Shown here: piece after piece, positions 52,100 to 64,000 of the stretch
How positions within the stretch are numbered: the stretch's first letter is position 1
How the letters are laid out: each line of letters starts with the position of its first letter
Origin: Octopus bimaculoides
Lineage: Eukaryota
Direction: 5' to 3'
Length of the DNA: 64,000 nt
NCBI RefSeq assembly: GCF_001194135.2
Contig: NC_068987.1
Location: 32,995,729 to 33,059,728 of the forward strand
Made by a program: the position numbers and the translations under genes
The notes under the pieces: generated by a model
The model's input: the letters and a program-made list of their open reading frames with translations, nothing else
Database searches by the model: none
What the model was told of the DNA's origin: nothing

Positions 52100-54230
52100 T
52101 TCAGCATCGAATTGAAGCATACATTTAGCTAAATATTCAATTAAATAAGTGGCTGACTTAAATACTTGAGGGAAAGCTTTCTCACATAAATATGTAACTT
52201 GGAACATTATGTAATATTTCAGAGCTTTACACGCTAATTCTGAGTAGTAAATTTTATAGTACATAGGTCACATAAATGTTAGAGTATACCAGTTTCTTAA
52301 TTTGGACTTTAAATGAGTTACACTTTGTACATATACATAAAATTCAACTCTACTTACCGTCTCGTCCTAATTCTTCCCCAACTGAAGGAATGGACTAGAC
52401 AAGAACTCAAGAAATTTTACTTTTCCATCCGTCCAGTTCCACACAAATATTGGACACCATGGACCTTCTCGTCCAGATACCAAGCTGCACGCTCACCGAT
52501 CTTTTCTAGTTGATTTTAGTTGATTTTACTGTTCCATAATATTTTAGAGTTGTGCCAATCACCTCGATATATATGACGTCGGATATTATTTACGATGACA
52601 TGATCCATATGTGCCGCGAAGGTCATCCGCATCCTAGTTCAGGTGGGTTCAATTTTACTGTATCAAGTGCCTACATTACTGATTCCTAAATCACTACATA
52701 CAGAAGAGACGGGACGGGACAACTTTGACAGTCTGAGTGCAAGACACCGAATGATTACGATAGGTGCCCATTCGCCGATCAGACATCTCTGTACGTTGCG
52801 GCAGACCAATGTCTTTATATGAGACTGCAACCGGTTGATGGGTGGACAGCCACCAATTGTTGGTGGCGATTCAAATCATAGATATTCGATTCATCTAAAT
52901 TGATCAAGGCAATACCTGTGGTAATTTCCTTACACACCCTCATTATGGACAGAAAAATCTCCCGTTCTGCTTCTAAGTGATCATCTAAGAATTCTGGCAC
53001 ATAAACGAAAAGCTCGTAGAGTAGAATATATTAGAACCAGATAATATACCAATGAATATGAAAGACCAATAACAGCTATTGAAATGAGGAATGCTACTGC
53101 CTCCCGTATTTCAGTGGCTGTTAGTTTTTATCGATCACTGGGAGTTGTAGCAAGACGTTGAAGTAGACCACGTTTACGATCCAACCCGCCACACGTGACC
53201 TACAACCGAGCAAAACGCTGATTAAATAGACGTGCACATCTGCTTTCGTTTCCCCGAATCGTAGAGCACTTATCGTACCACTGTCAACGCAGCCTTCGTA
53301 CATCTTGTTGCAAAACTAGCAGAAGATCAATCTTGTCATAAGTACGTCAGTCGTCATACGTTTCCTGACTACCTCTTCTAAGTTTCTCTGTACATTTCCC
53401 TCTTATCTTATACTCTCTATTGATATTTTGTTCTAATCATTCTTTTCCTTTGCTGCTGAGAACCATCCCGCCAATAGTCACTAAAGTGAACTTTGAAAGA
53501 TTTGGGTGCGTGGAAAACGCATTTATCTTCCAATAATTCGGTCCTTACTTATGAAACCTATCCTAGACAACCGTACAGCTTACAAATTTCGGGTCTTTGT
53601 AGCTGACGATCTTAGATTGTGAACAATATTTTACAGAATATCCTATCTAAATACGATCTTGCTGATCCAATATATTTTATCTATCTACACTAGCACGTCT
53701 GAGAATTCCAGTTGGTGTTTGTGAGATATTCGAAAACGTCTGTGTGAGTACTTGAGACTTCTGCATTCAGCTCAACTATAAACTAGCACCACAGATCCAT
53801 AGCGTGCATTCACTATGACATTTCAAATTCCCTCAAGGTGAATACTGTGAAGAACGTTAACAGGAAAGACTTTTGACTTTTAAATATATCTGGTCGCGCA
53901 CGCCAGTCGGGTCGTACACGGGGCTAATAGCCGGATGTATTACATCCATTGCTAGTCAAGATCATCATCATCAACAACATACTTTGGGGCTCCAGCAAAG
54001 TGATCCGTACTGCATGATCCAGATCATTCCAAAGTAACATAATATTCTAACTCATCTCATTCGACTTAAACGAAATTACACCCCAAAGCTGCCAAGTATG
54101 GGCAGAAGATTCGATGTCTTGGTCTCACTTGTGGCCAAAACATTTTTGCCTAATGGCTTCAATTCGGTGAATGGGTAACCTTGCTCTAATAGCAAACCCA
54201 TTTCACGTACATTCACCCTCTTCTAAACAA
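52100..54230 (-). mobile_element. L1/Tx1-like LINE ORF2 remnant (APE + RT)
   Basis: APE: VNVREMG..QGY...VLATSET; PVYDPTG; EGI*NVIVNAR (53780-54220). RT: GIALINLDESNIYDLNRHQQL (cf. GALINLDQSKAFDRVDH); NGHLS..QSCPVPSLLYV; AHMDHV (cf. YADDV) (52570-52950). Confidence 0.75.
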
Positions 54231-54760
54231 ATCTATGTTAGATAAAAAGTAGGAAGGACATTATTGTTATTGAAGGGTAGGCAGTCTCTAATTCCTGAGA
54301 ACTGAAGGTATTCATATCAGGAAATGATGGTTATTAGTTTGTTGCTAAATTGCGTGGCCTGCGCGAACATATCAGAATTTTGGCACGGTTGGGCAAGTGG
54401 TTAATATACTGACTAAACTGAGTCAGTATATTCAATAATGAGCGTCAGTATTGAATATCATTCATTATTGCAAATGTAGACGTTATATTGAAGGCGAACA
54501 ACTGAAGATCAGCTTGGCTGCCGCAGAGATGATTATTTTACTGAATATGATGAGAGACTGTATACGAGGTTGTATTAAATAAAGCAAAGGCGATAGTTAA
54601 CGTGAATTCCGAGCAAACAGGCCCTTAAGTCGATTATTATCGTAGTTTTCTTGACATTTAAGCGACAAACAGTACAAAATTGTTCCTTTGAACGTCGATG
54701 CACACCCACCTCACCGCTAATCCACATCTACTTATCTGACTAATGGAGAGGGCTTGTAAT

Positions 54761-54799
<39 letters not shown>

Positions 54800-55819
54800 T
54801 AAATGATATTTCGATCTGCTAAAAACATCAACCACATCATACATAAAGTTTTAAAATGCGATAATACTTTGAATAACGTGTTCATAGATCAAGTGTGTGT
54901 GGAAAACAAGGCGATCGGTTGATATTTGGAAAACATTTTACCAATGTTCTGGATTAAGGACAAGCTGATATGAAAGAACTACAGCATAAGTGATGAAAAT
55001 TTGAAGAATATCCTACTGAATGGGCAAAGTACAATGGTAACAAGCTATCGTTACCAAGCTTCGAAGCCCTGCAATTAAGACAATAGCATCTTTGCTTCGG
55101 GAGACGGTGGATGGTAGACTCATTACATTTTGCCTCCGAGTGCATTGAGCTGTCTCCCTGAACATGCTAACGAATGATATTAGAAAGTGTTTAATAAAGC
55201 ACCGGCAGTAGAGATGAATTGATGACTCATGAGCCTGAACAATCAAATACCTTATCCACTTCAACCACTTAGACAGTTTGATTGTATTTCATAACAATTG
55301 CATTTATCAAATTATTAAATTTATATTGCCATTTCACATATGGGTTTATACCTTTACTATTGTTTGATTTTCGAAGCATACACACAATTATAGATTGTAA
55401 TCTCATTTATATTTATTTCCATTTCAACTGAGTTTATTATGAATTTGTAATCAAATTTAGTTAGATTTCTATAAAACGTATTTATATTACATCATTTTAT
55501 ATACATTTTTATATATTTTCAAATCGTGCTTCTCTACTTATTTTTCAGTCATATATGTATTTCATATTGATTTTAGAACTCTTTTCCTTTTTTATCACTA
55601 CATCTATTTCCCGATTTTTTTCTCTCTCACTCTCATCTTCTTCCAAATGTATTCCGTTTCTAATCACATTGATTGACCTTTAACCTATATTTATTTGCTT
55701 TTAAATCAAAATTCATTCGTCTGTATGATCAAATATATTTACATTTCAATCAAATTTATTTACAATTCTATTATATCCATTCATATTTTCGTCACATGTA
55801 TTAAATTTTTACCGCTATT

Positions 55820-55945
55820 TATTTATACATACATACATACGTACAAAAACACATACATACTTACATATTTACATACATACATACATGCATACATACATAC
55901 ATGCATATATGCATATATGTATACATTTATATATGTATGTATATA

Positions 55946-55997
<52 letters not shown>

Positions 55998-56056
55998 CAC
56001 ATACATACACCCACATATATAGATATATACGTATATATATATGGATATACACTCAA

Positions 56057-56130
<74 letters not shown>
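55820..56130. repeat. (TACA)n/(TA)n microsatellite block
   Basis: Direct reading. Confidence 0.9.
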
Positions 56131-56132
<2 letters not shown>

Positions 56133-56493
56133 TAATCAGATTTATTTCTTTTTGATCCAATGAATATATTTCATATAAACCCATTTCGTTCGATTTCAAT
56201 CCTATTTATTTATGTTTCAAATCAAATAGATGTTGTTGCGTTTACTTTCAATTATTATTATTGTTGATGCTGCTACTGCTGCTGCTGCTGTTGTTGTTGT
56301 TGTTATTAAACAGCCATAATGTGCAGCTACTGCTCTGTTTGACAGTCTATGAGTAAACGTCAAAACACTATTCAATTGCACAAAGTAGTGAAAGCAAATA
56401 TATTATGGTGGAATCTAGAATATATGATTCTAATTCGGCTAAGTGAATGACTTCACTGATTCTTTTCCAAAGTACTTATACACACACACACAC

Positions 56494-56528
<35 letters not shown>

Positions 56529-56530
56529 TG

Positions 56531-56590
<60 letters not shown>

Positions 56591-56941
56591 TAGGGAGAGG
56601 AAGTTTGAAAGACAGAAAGAGACACAGAGAGATAGGGAGAGAGAGACTGGTAGAGGATGTAGGTGACCAAAGTTTAACTGTAATATCTTCGGTACAACTA
56701 CTGAAAGAAAGAGAGAACGTAATACTGTTTGCAAGGCAAACAGTTGATAGCGGATAGTGAAGAGTTCAAGTCCGCATCGTATTTGATTTCTTTGACATAT
56801 CCTTTGACTTCTTGGACTAAATCTTTGGTTATATATAATGAATGCATTTGACACATAAATTTCAGGTGTGTATACGTACAGATTCTATTTGATTTATTTA
56901 ATAATATTTTGCCATATATTTGATAGCAGTGATGTCTTGAA

Positions 56942-57156
56942 GGTGGCGAGCTGGCAGAAACGTTAGCACGCCGGGCGAAATGCTTAGCGGTATTTCGTCT
57001 GTCTTTACGTTCTTAGTTCAAATTCCACCGAGGTCGACTTTGCCTTTCATCTTTTCGGTGTCGATAAACTAAGTACCAGTTACGTTTTGGGGTCGATCTA
57101 ATCGACTGGGCCCCCCGTCCCCCAAAATTTCGGGCCTTGTGCCTAGAGTAGAAAAG
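56942..57156 (+). mobile_element. tRNA-derived SINE family A, full length
   Basis: A box in gagctggcagaaacgttag; B box gttcaaattcc (57016-57026); core gtcgataaactaagtaccag..ggggtcgatctaatcgac; tail ggccttgtgcctagagtagaaaag. Confidence 0.9.
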
Positions 57157-57159
57157 TTT

Positions 57160-57275
57160 ATGTTCTGAGTTTAAATTCCGCCGAGGTCGACTTTGGCTTT
57201 CATCCTTTAATGTTCGATAAATTTATTATCAGTTACGTACCGGGATCGATCTAATCCGACTGGTCCCCTCCCTCA
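57160..57275 (+). mobile_element. 5'-truncated tandem SINE family A copy
   Basis: Restarts at gttctgagtttaaattccgccgaggtcgac directly after the previous copy. Confidence 0.85.
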
Positions 57276-57690
57276 AATTTCCTCTGTAAATATAAAATTC
57301 AACTAAAGGATATTTATTTCTTTATTGCCCACAGGGAGGGGCTAAACATAGATGGCAAACACAAAGGGATTAAGCCGATTACATCGTCCCCAGTGAGTAT
57401 CTGGTACTTATTTAATCGACCCTCGAAAGGTTAAAAGAATGGGAGAGCCGTTGGACTAGGAGAGCTGATGGAATAAATGCCATAATTGTGATTAGAAAAA
57501 TAGCAATAAAACTTGATCAATTCACATTTCACCATGTTGGGCAGTGAGTATGTGGTCTTCACTGTATTTATCAGGTATTTACAGTGGTGTGAAGGTGTAG
57601 CTTACTGTCTCCTAGTATACATCACGTTAAGACATATATGAGGGAAGGCTTTTTGGAGATAAGTGCAGCAGCAATATAATTTAGTTGAAG

Positions 57691-57915
57691 GGCGATGAGC
57701 TGGCAGTATCGTTCGTACGCCGGGTTAAATGCTTAACGGTATTTCGTTTGCCGTTACGTTCTGAGTTCAAATTCCGCCGAGGTCGACTTTGCCTTTCATC
57801 CTTTCGGGGTCGATAAATTAAGTACCAGTTACGCACTGGGGTCGATGTAATCGACTTAATCCGTTCGTCTGTTCTTGTTTGTTCCCTCTATGTTTAGCCC
57901 CTTGTGGGCAATAAC
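57691..57915 (+). mobile_element. SINE family A, full length
   Basis: ggcgatgagctggcagtatcgtt..gagttcaaattccgccgaggtcgac..; tail variant cccctctatgtttagccccttgtgggcaataa. Confidence 0.9.
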
Positions 57916-57920
57916 GTAAT

Positions 57921-58095
57921 AGGTATTTCGTTTGCCGTTACGTTCTGAGTTCAAATTCTGCCGAGGTCGACATTGCCTTTTATCCTTTCGGGGTCGATTA
58001 AATAAGTACCAGTTACTCACTGGGGACGATGTAATCGACTTCACTTCTTTGTTTTCCCCCTCTATGTATGGCCCTTCCCTGTGGGCGATAACAAA
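57921..58095 (+). mobile_element. 5'-truncated tandem SINE family A copy
   Basis: Repeats ggtatttcgtttgccgttacgttctgagttcaaattc from the upstream copy. Confidence 0.85.
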
Positions 58096-59154
58096 ATAAA
58101 TATCCTTTAGTTGAATTTTATATTTACAGAGGAATTTAGTTATGGCAGAAGTAGATTCTGGAATTTATTAAGTTTATGGGTCCTCATTGGTTTGGTAGAC
58201 TGTAAAAAATGGTGTTCCTTCGCATATGTGTGTGTGTAATGTTAAACGAATCAACTAATTAGTCTAGACTTTCCATGTCGATAGACATAAATTACACTGT
58301 GCGTACTATTTTGAGGATAATTTCGTAAACTTTTTGATATCTTGTCTCGTGATATATAAAACACACAAACGCTCAAGCCTAGTGGTCCTAGATCTTTTCT
58401 TATCGCCGTGGTTTTACTTTACGATTGTCTAGTTGTAGATTTCTTTGAATCATCGAGCAAACTGAGTCAACTAAACGTACCTAAGTCTTCTAGAACATCA
58501 GACAGTATGTGATGAAGAGAGATATGTACCTACTTTTGTTCTTTTCAACATCATATTCGCTGGTTTATCTATGCTTCATATTTATTGTATATACGCGTAC
58601 AAACACATTTACACACGTCTTCGCGCAAGCACGTAGACATAGACACAAGCACACACAGGTACATAAATTCGTACACCTCTCTTGTGTGTTACATAAGCAT
58701 GTTGCATTTCTTAACATTGAGTCTCAACTAACGTTAATATTGCTCTTTATCCTTCAGTTTCGCTAAAATATGAGATCAGAAATATACTACGATCAATAAT
58801 TGAATCGATCCTATATGACTCCTTAATAATCTTTTTAGATTTTGTTCTGTATGCGAAAATCAATAATATATGGAAAGATTTATCTCATTTTTGTTGTAGA
58901 ATTGGCTCATTATATACTTATTTGAGAAGAGAAAATATTGTGAGACAGCAGATGTATGAAAAAATATTGGGATTCATGCAATGAGCATAGATATTGAATA
59001 CTGGTGTCACATACGATGCTTGAAATATGTCAATGTTTTAATTCAATCTTCACCAGTTGAGAAAGAAACACACGCTGGGATATAAAGCATCAACACTGAG
59101 TTAAATTTACAGAAGAAATAAAACAACGACTAATTGTCTATAGAAAGTATTCTC

Positions 59155-59355
59155 GGTGGTCGTCCATCACTGGTTGACAACCGGTGCTAGTGAGTTTACG
59201 TCCTCGTAGATTAGCGCCTCGGTAGAAGAGACTGATAGAATAAATACCAGGCTTAAAAAATGAATATTGGGATCGTTTCATTCGACTAAAATCTCTCCAA
59301 GGTGGTGCCCCAGCATGGCCGTTGCTTCATGACTGAAACATGTAACACATCAAAG
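59155..59355 (+). mobile_element. 3' half of SINE family B
   Basis: ggttgacaaccggtgctagtgagtttacgtcc..gatagaataaataccaggctt..ggtgccccagcatggcc..gactgaaac. Confidence 0.8.
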
Positions 59356-61189
59356 ATAAAAGTTGTAAAACGGCTCGATTCTCTTGAAAGCTGCTCAGCG
59401 CGTCTATCTCTTCTGATATTGTTTAAATATCAGCTGTATTATCAGTGTTAATAATCTAGGAGTCTCTAGCCAACACTAATACATACCTCTCAAATCATTC
59501 ACTAAACAAAATATTTTATGATGTCTAAATACGCACTATACTCAGACTAAATAGGGATAGATATATCTAGTATTTGTAATGACATAGGCTCTTTAGTAAG
59601 TACTAAACTGAGATTAAGTAGCACTAGTAAACACTACTTCATTTACTTCTGTGTTCTATCTCACGACAGTTCCATCTATGCAGGAAATTTTATCGTAAAA
59701 CAGAGCCATGTCCTTATTCAAAATATTTACCTACTTGGATGATTTTGTCTTTTTCTTAACAACCACCATTATTTCTGATAATATGGTTTTGTCAGAGACA
59801 GAAACGGCAGCGTACATCAGTTTTTTTCTAGTGGTGAAAAGCTAGAAAAAAGTAGGAATCATGTATTATCCTTCCACCAATGTTTTTGTCCAAATGCTTG
59901 TAATATAGGGGACTCGCTAATGACCTCCGTCCGATAGTTGGAAATTTTAACTCCTTGCAACGACATAAACCTACCAGCCGAGTACAAACACAATTTTCCT
60001 CATAATTTCTGCTTATGCAATTTTAGCCGCATTCATTGGGCCGATAGGATGTTATTGCAGAAGATACTCATGTTGCCATGAAGTCGGATGGAGCTGGGAA
60101 CCACGACCTTCTGAAGAGAAGGTCTTCAATATGCTGTCATAGCTATGAGTTTGTTTTACATAACTGTTTTGACCTTGTCCTTTTTATTTCGTGAAACAGT
60201 ACTGTTAGTAGATTTTTCACCTCATTTTATTTTTGCACTCAGAAACTTTTACAGCATTTGTTCATTTAATTGCTTAAATATTATTTGTGGAACTTGAGGC
60301 AGCCTACTTAGATCAAAGGGCATCAGAAACAAATCATTTATATTTAAACTGACGCATGATATTCATGATTTATCTTTATATAATTAGAGAAGTCTATATA
60401 ATTATAGACATGCCTGATATTTTCAGAAATGCGATGCTGCAAGCACAGTATGTTAGCAATCTTATTTTGATGTTATTTAATAATACGCCAGTGTGTTTTC
60501 AAAGCGCATCGATTTTTTCCATCGAGATTCTGAGTAGTGGCTTTGTCGATAACTTGCGTCATATGAAAAAATATAAAATTCAATAAGTTAATATCATTGA
60601 TGTTTATTATATCAATACTGATAAGAACAATTTTTGAAAGTTGCTGTAGAGAAATGTTTTCTTTTTCGTTCAGAGATAATGTGTGTGTCGTGTGTGTAAT
60701 TTGTAGAAGACTATAATTCCATAGATTTCAGCTGAATATTTGCTAACCACCGGCATATTGAACTATATGTGTTAATCTTTTTTACTCACAGGATCTTGAC
60801 AAAGTGTAAAAGTCTTATCTGCACTATAATCTGGATTTCTCATCGGTGATGCGCCACTTTTGTGTGCATGGAGGTAAGTGATTGCAAAAGTGGGGTATTA
60901 ATTAAGCAGAATATCTGTTGATGATACAGTAACCTATTATGAAGATGTGTAGTTTTATTCAAAATAAGCAGGTTTATTGATTTGTTTGCTGAAGATTATG
61001 ATGATTTTGTCTCTGATATATTTGCTAATTTTAACGATCTCAGTTGTAAAATGCTAGAGGTGAGAACATGGATAATGGGCTGGACATAACATAGTACTAA
61101 AAATATTCGAAACAGGATACTTACAAGCTGTCTCTCGGTGTAATATGGTAATATAATATCTGTTTAAATTATTACGCAGGAAGAAGGAA

Positions 61190-61395
61190 GCGAAGTGGCA
61201 CAATCGTTAGCACACTGGGCCAAATGCTTAGTGGCATTTCGTTCGTCTCTCATATTCAGAGTCCAAATTCCACCGAGGTCGATTTTAACTTTCATCGTTT
61301 CGGAGTCAATAGAAGAATACCAAGTGAGCATTGGGGGGCCATGCAACAGACTTATCACCTTCACCGTAATTGCTGGCTTTGGGCTAAAATTTTCC
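61190..61395 (+). mobile_element. SINE family A, diverged
   Basis: gcgaagtggcacaatcgttagcacactgggc..gagtccaaattccaccgaggtcga. Confidence 0.8.
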
Positions 61396-62286
61396 TGCAT
61401 TATTACGTAGGAATAAAGGTGAATAAAAATGTGATAAACTGAACTTTGTTATGGACTTCAAAGTTATAATAGGAATGCTATGGTATCAAACAGTATTCTA
61501 ATTGTATCATTACCAGTACACCGATATATTAGTACTTGCGTTGTACGTGACATTTACATAAATTCACAAANNNNNNNNNNNNNNNNNNNNNNNNNNNNNN
61601 NNNNNNNNNNNNNNNNNNNNNNNNNNNNNNNNNNNNNNNNNNNNNNNNNNNNNNNNNNNNNNNNNNNNNNNNNNNNNNNNNNNNNNNNNNNNNNNNNNNN
61701 NNNNNNNNNNNNNNNNNNNNNNNNNNNNNNNNNNNNNNNNNNNNNNNNNNNNNNNNNNNNNNNNNNNNNNNNNGTATACATGTATGTATATATGGATGTG
61801 TGTGTGTGTTTACTTCGCTCTTTCCTGTTTTCTTCTATTCCTTATTCCGTACTTCATTTTTCTCCCTGTGTTACTTTGAAGCTCCTCTAATTTACTTATG
61901 ACATACTGGGACTACGATACAGAGATTAAGTCATGTTTTGTCTTCTCGATCAGACACATATCTCAATATAATGACTGACAAATAAATCCAAACTCTAAAG
62001 TTGTCATGTCAGTTGGTACACTAAAACAAATAATACATATGACCAAATAATCTCTATCTATAGCTGAACTCATCTATGTTTTTCTAGTAATTATTTATTC
62101 ATTTAGGCCTTGATGGAATGACAATAGTTTTTACTTAATATAATGAATATTATAAAATCAATTTTGTACAATTACCATTCTTACTAATGTTTTCCAAATT
62201 GTTGAATGATTTATTTCTCTCATATGTTATTGAAACAACTAAAACCAAAGAATAAATGTCATACCACTAACTCCATCCATTCACTT

Positions 62287-62750
62287 GGTGGTAAGAAGCT
62301 TGCTTACCAACCACACAATTCCAGGTTGAGTACCACTGCGTGGCACATTGAGCAAGAGTCTTCTACTATAAACTTGGGCGGACCAAGACCTTGTGAGTAG
62401 ATTTGGTAGACGGAAACTGAAACGAGCCCATCGTACATACACACACACACACACGCACACACACACACACATACACATACACACATACACACACACACGC
62501 ACACACATACACACACACATAGACACACACATACAAACAAAAACACACACATGTGGGTGTGTCTTTGTATTTAGGTTTGTCCGTGACCAACGCTTGACGA
62601 ACGGTGCTGGTGTGTTTATATCTCCGTAAATAACTGATTCGATTATAAAAACGATAGAATAAGTACCAAGCTTTAAAGATAAGTCCTGGGGTCGATTTCT
62701 TCGATTAAATCCCTTTAAGGCGGTGCCCCAGCATGGCCGCCGTCAAATAA
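62287..62750 (+). mobile_element. SINE family B, full length
   Basis: ggtaagaagcttgcttaccaaccac..gatttggtagacggaaactgaa; internal (CA)n; cgcttgacgaacggtgctggtgtg..ggtgccccagcatggccg. Confidence 0.85.
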
Positions 62751-62978
62751 TGTCGTACATTGATTTAATACCATTGTATCTTATAGTGCTACAATGTGCA
62801 TGCGTAAGCATACATATGACCTGCATGTGGGAAGAAAGCTTAAAAGTTTACAACATAAAAGAAGCTGGAACGTCAATCGTGGAAAACGTAACATGGAGGT
62901 ATAAGATGAAATGCAATTATGTTAAAAGAACGTGCATTTATAAATCATAGTTACTCATTATCAAAGCGGTCCATGACT

Positions 62979-63017
<39 letters not shown>

Positions 63018-63214
63018 AAGGTTACAAATCTGACTAAGGGATAGGAAATCCTATGAAAGTACTGGCGAGTTACCAATACAGAGAATATTAAACATTACAG
63101 TTAATACTCAACTGCTAGGTAACTGTATAAACCGTGATTTATATATATATTTATTTATTATGAATAAATATAGAGGTAATTAATAAATTATTGTTTATCA
63201 ATAAAAAAAATGAC

Positions 63215-63310
63215 AAACATCCCTTACAGCTGTTTCAATTCCAGACGACCTTCAGAAAATTAATTATATTACAAATTATTTGAAAGTCGAATCTCTTCAG
63301 AGGTAGTTTA
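63215..63310 (-). ncRNA. Type I hammerhead ribozyme (Penelope-like element type)
   Basis: Minus strand: ..ACCU CUGAAGA (63300-63294), GAUUC...GAAUU stem II with a long loop, GAAA (63236-63233), palindromic ACAGCUGU, A63225, then AGGGAUGUUU pairing imperfectly with upstream AAACUACCU. Confidence 0.65.
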
Positions 63311-63560
63311 AGATATACAAAATAGGTGTTGAATTCATGCATGTTCAGTAAACCGCTGCAAACCGTTAAGTGATAAAATTTATACATAAGGAACATAGTA
63401 TAAAACATGGTATTTACCTTAGAAAGGGAGTAAATTTGTGTATACTGGAGTTATAAATTAAGACTAAAATAATATATTCGTCTTGAGTGTTAATTATAAG
63501 AAAATCTCAAGTAGATATAATTGGTAGAAATGTCATATTATGATATTATGTCTACCTGTA
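63215..63560 (-). mobile_element. Probable Penelope-like element 3' end (GIY-YIG tail remnant plus pLTR)
   Basis: Hammerhead as above. Upstream on the same strand, YQLYLLEIFL*LT (around 63490-63530) resembles the CxLCxxExxxI motif that ends PLE GIY-YIG ORFs. Weak, degenerate match. Confidence 0.5.
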
Positions 63561-64000
63561 TTAAATCAAAAGGCAATTAGTATATAGAGTTTAATTCAAG
63601 TGTGTATAGTTATTATTAATATATAATTAAGGTGGAGGACATTCCAGGCAATCTTTTACTTATAGATATCGAAAGAGTTAAAAGACCAATAAGAATATTA
63701 ACTTAGTATCAGGGTACATAAAAATGATAAAATAAAAACAAGAATAAAGTAAAATAAATAAAACAAAATAGAGTAATGAGTGGCAATAGATAGAGAAAAA
63801 TAGATAAATGAATGAAGACTTACAAAATATTACCTATCATCCCTTAAAAAAGTTATTATTCAATTTAGAGTCGAAGTGCTAATGAAAAACTAGGAACAAT
63901 CTAAATTAGAGACTTACACAAAATGAGAATGCAAACATTCATGTAAGCAGATTTAAAAAAATGTCAAAAATTATTGTACATGAGATAGCAATGCGTATAA

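Larger units (their letters stand above)
57275..58137. repeat. Inverted repeat pair (57275-57430 / 57983-58137) containing SINE 3' parts plus unique flank
   Basis: cctctgtaaatataaaattcaactaaaggatatttattt (57281-57319) is the exact reverse complement of 58094-58132, and homology continues through the SINE tail and core. Confidence 0.9.

Noticed and set aside
54500-54530. CTGAAGA followed by a CAGC/GCTG stem
   Set aside because: Lacks the GAAA half of the hammerhead core.
56942-57030. tRNA-like A and B boxes in SINE heads
   Set aside because: No complete cloverleaf, and they are followed by SINE body sequence, so they are not tRNA genes.
60105-60124. 8 bp hairpin gaccttct-gaag-agaaggtc containing CTGAAGA
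   Set aside because: No downstream GAAA/stem III architecture; a short hairpin compatible with chance.

Overview
AT-rich, repeat-dominated eukaryotic DNA from a gapped draft assembly, with many N runs usually flanked by microsatellites. The SINE families, (TA/CA/GA/ATT)n density and LINE types point to a coleoid cephalopod, most likely Octopus (inference from remembered repeat families, not a database hit). I found no recognisable host protein-coding gene, rRNA, intact tRNA or CRISPR. Nearly all supplied ORFs are gap, microsatellite or transposon artefacts. The window holds decayed mobile elements: many R4/Dong-like restriction-endonuclease (RLE) LINE fragments, including a ~6 kb head-to-tail array on (ATT)n tracts; two L1/Tx1-like remnants; RTE and CR1-like fragments; a full-length DD37D (maT) mariner; a DD34D-type mariner fragment; a Merlin (IS1016/IS1595-like) transposon with very long inverted repeats; a DINE-1/Helentron-type non-autonomous element; and three tRNA-derived SINE families. 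The most notable signals not visible in the ORF track are three type I hammerhead ribozyme cores (19382+, 20190+, 63300-), all with a palindromic GAA-ACANNTGT-A stem III as in Penelope-like elements; perfect hairpins at LINE truncation junctions; and a SINE-containing inverted duplication at 57.3-58.1 kb. All alignments and translations were done by eye, and boundaries are approximate unless stated.
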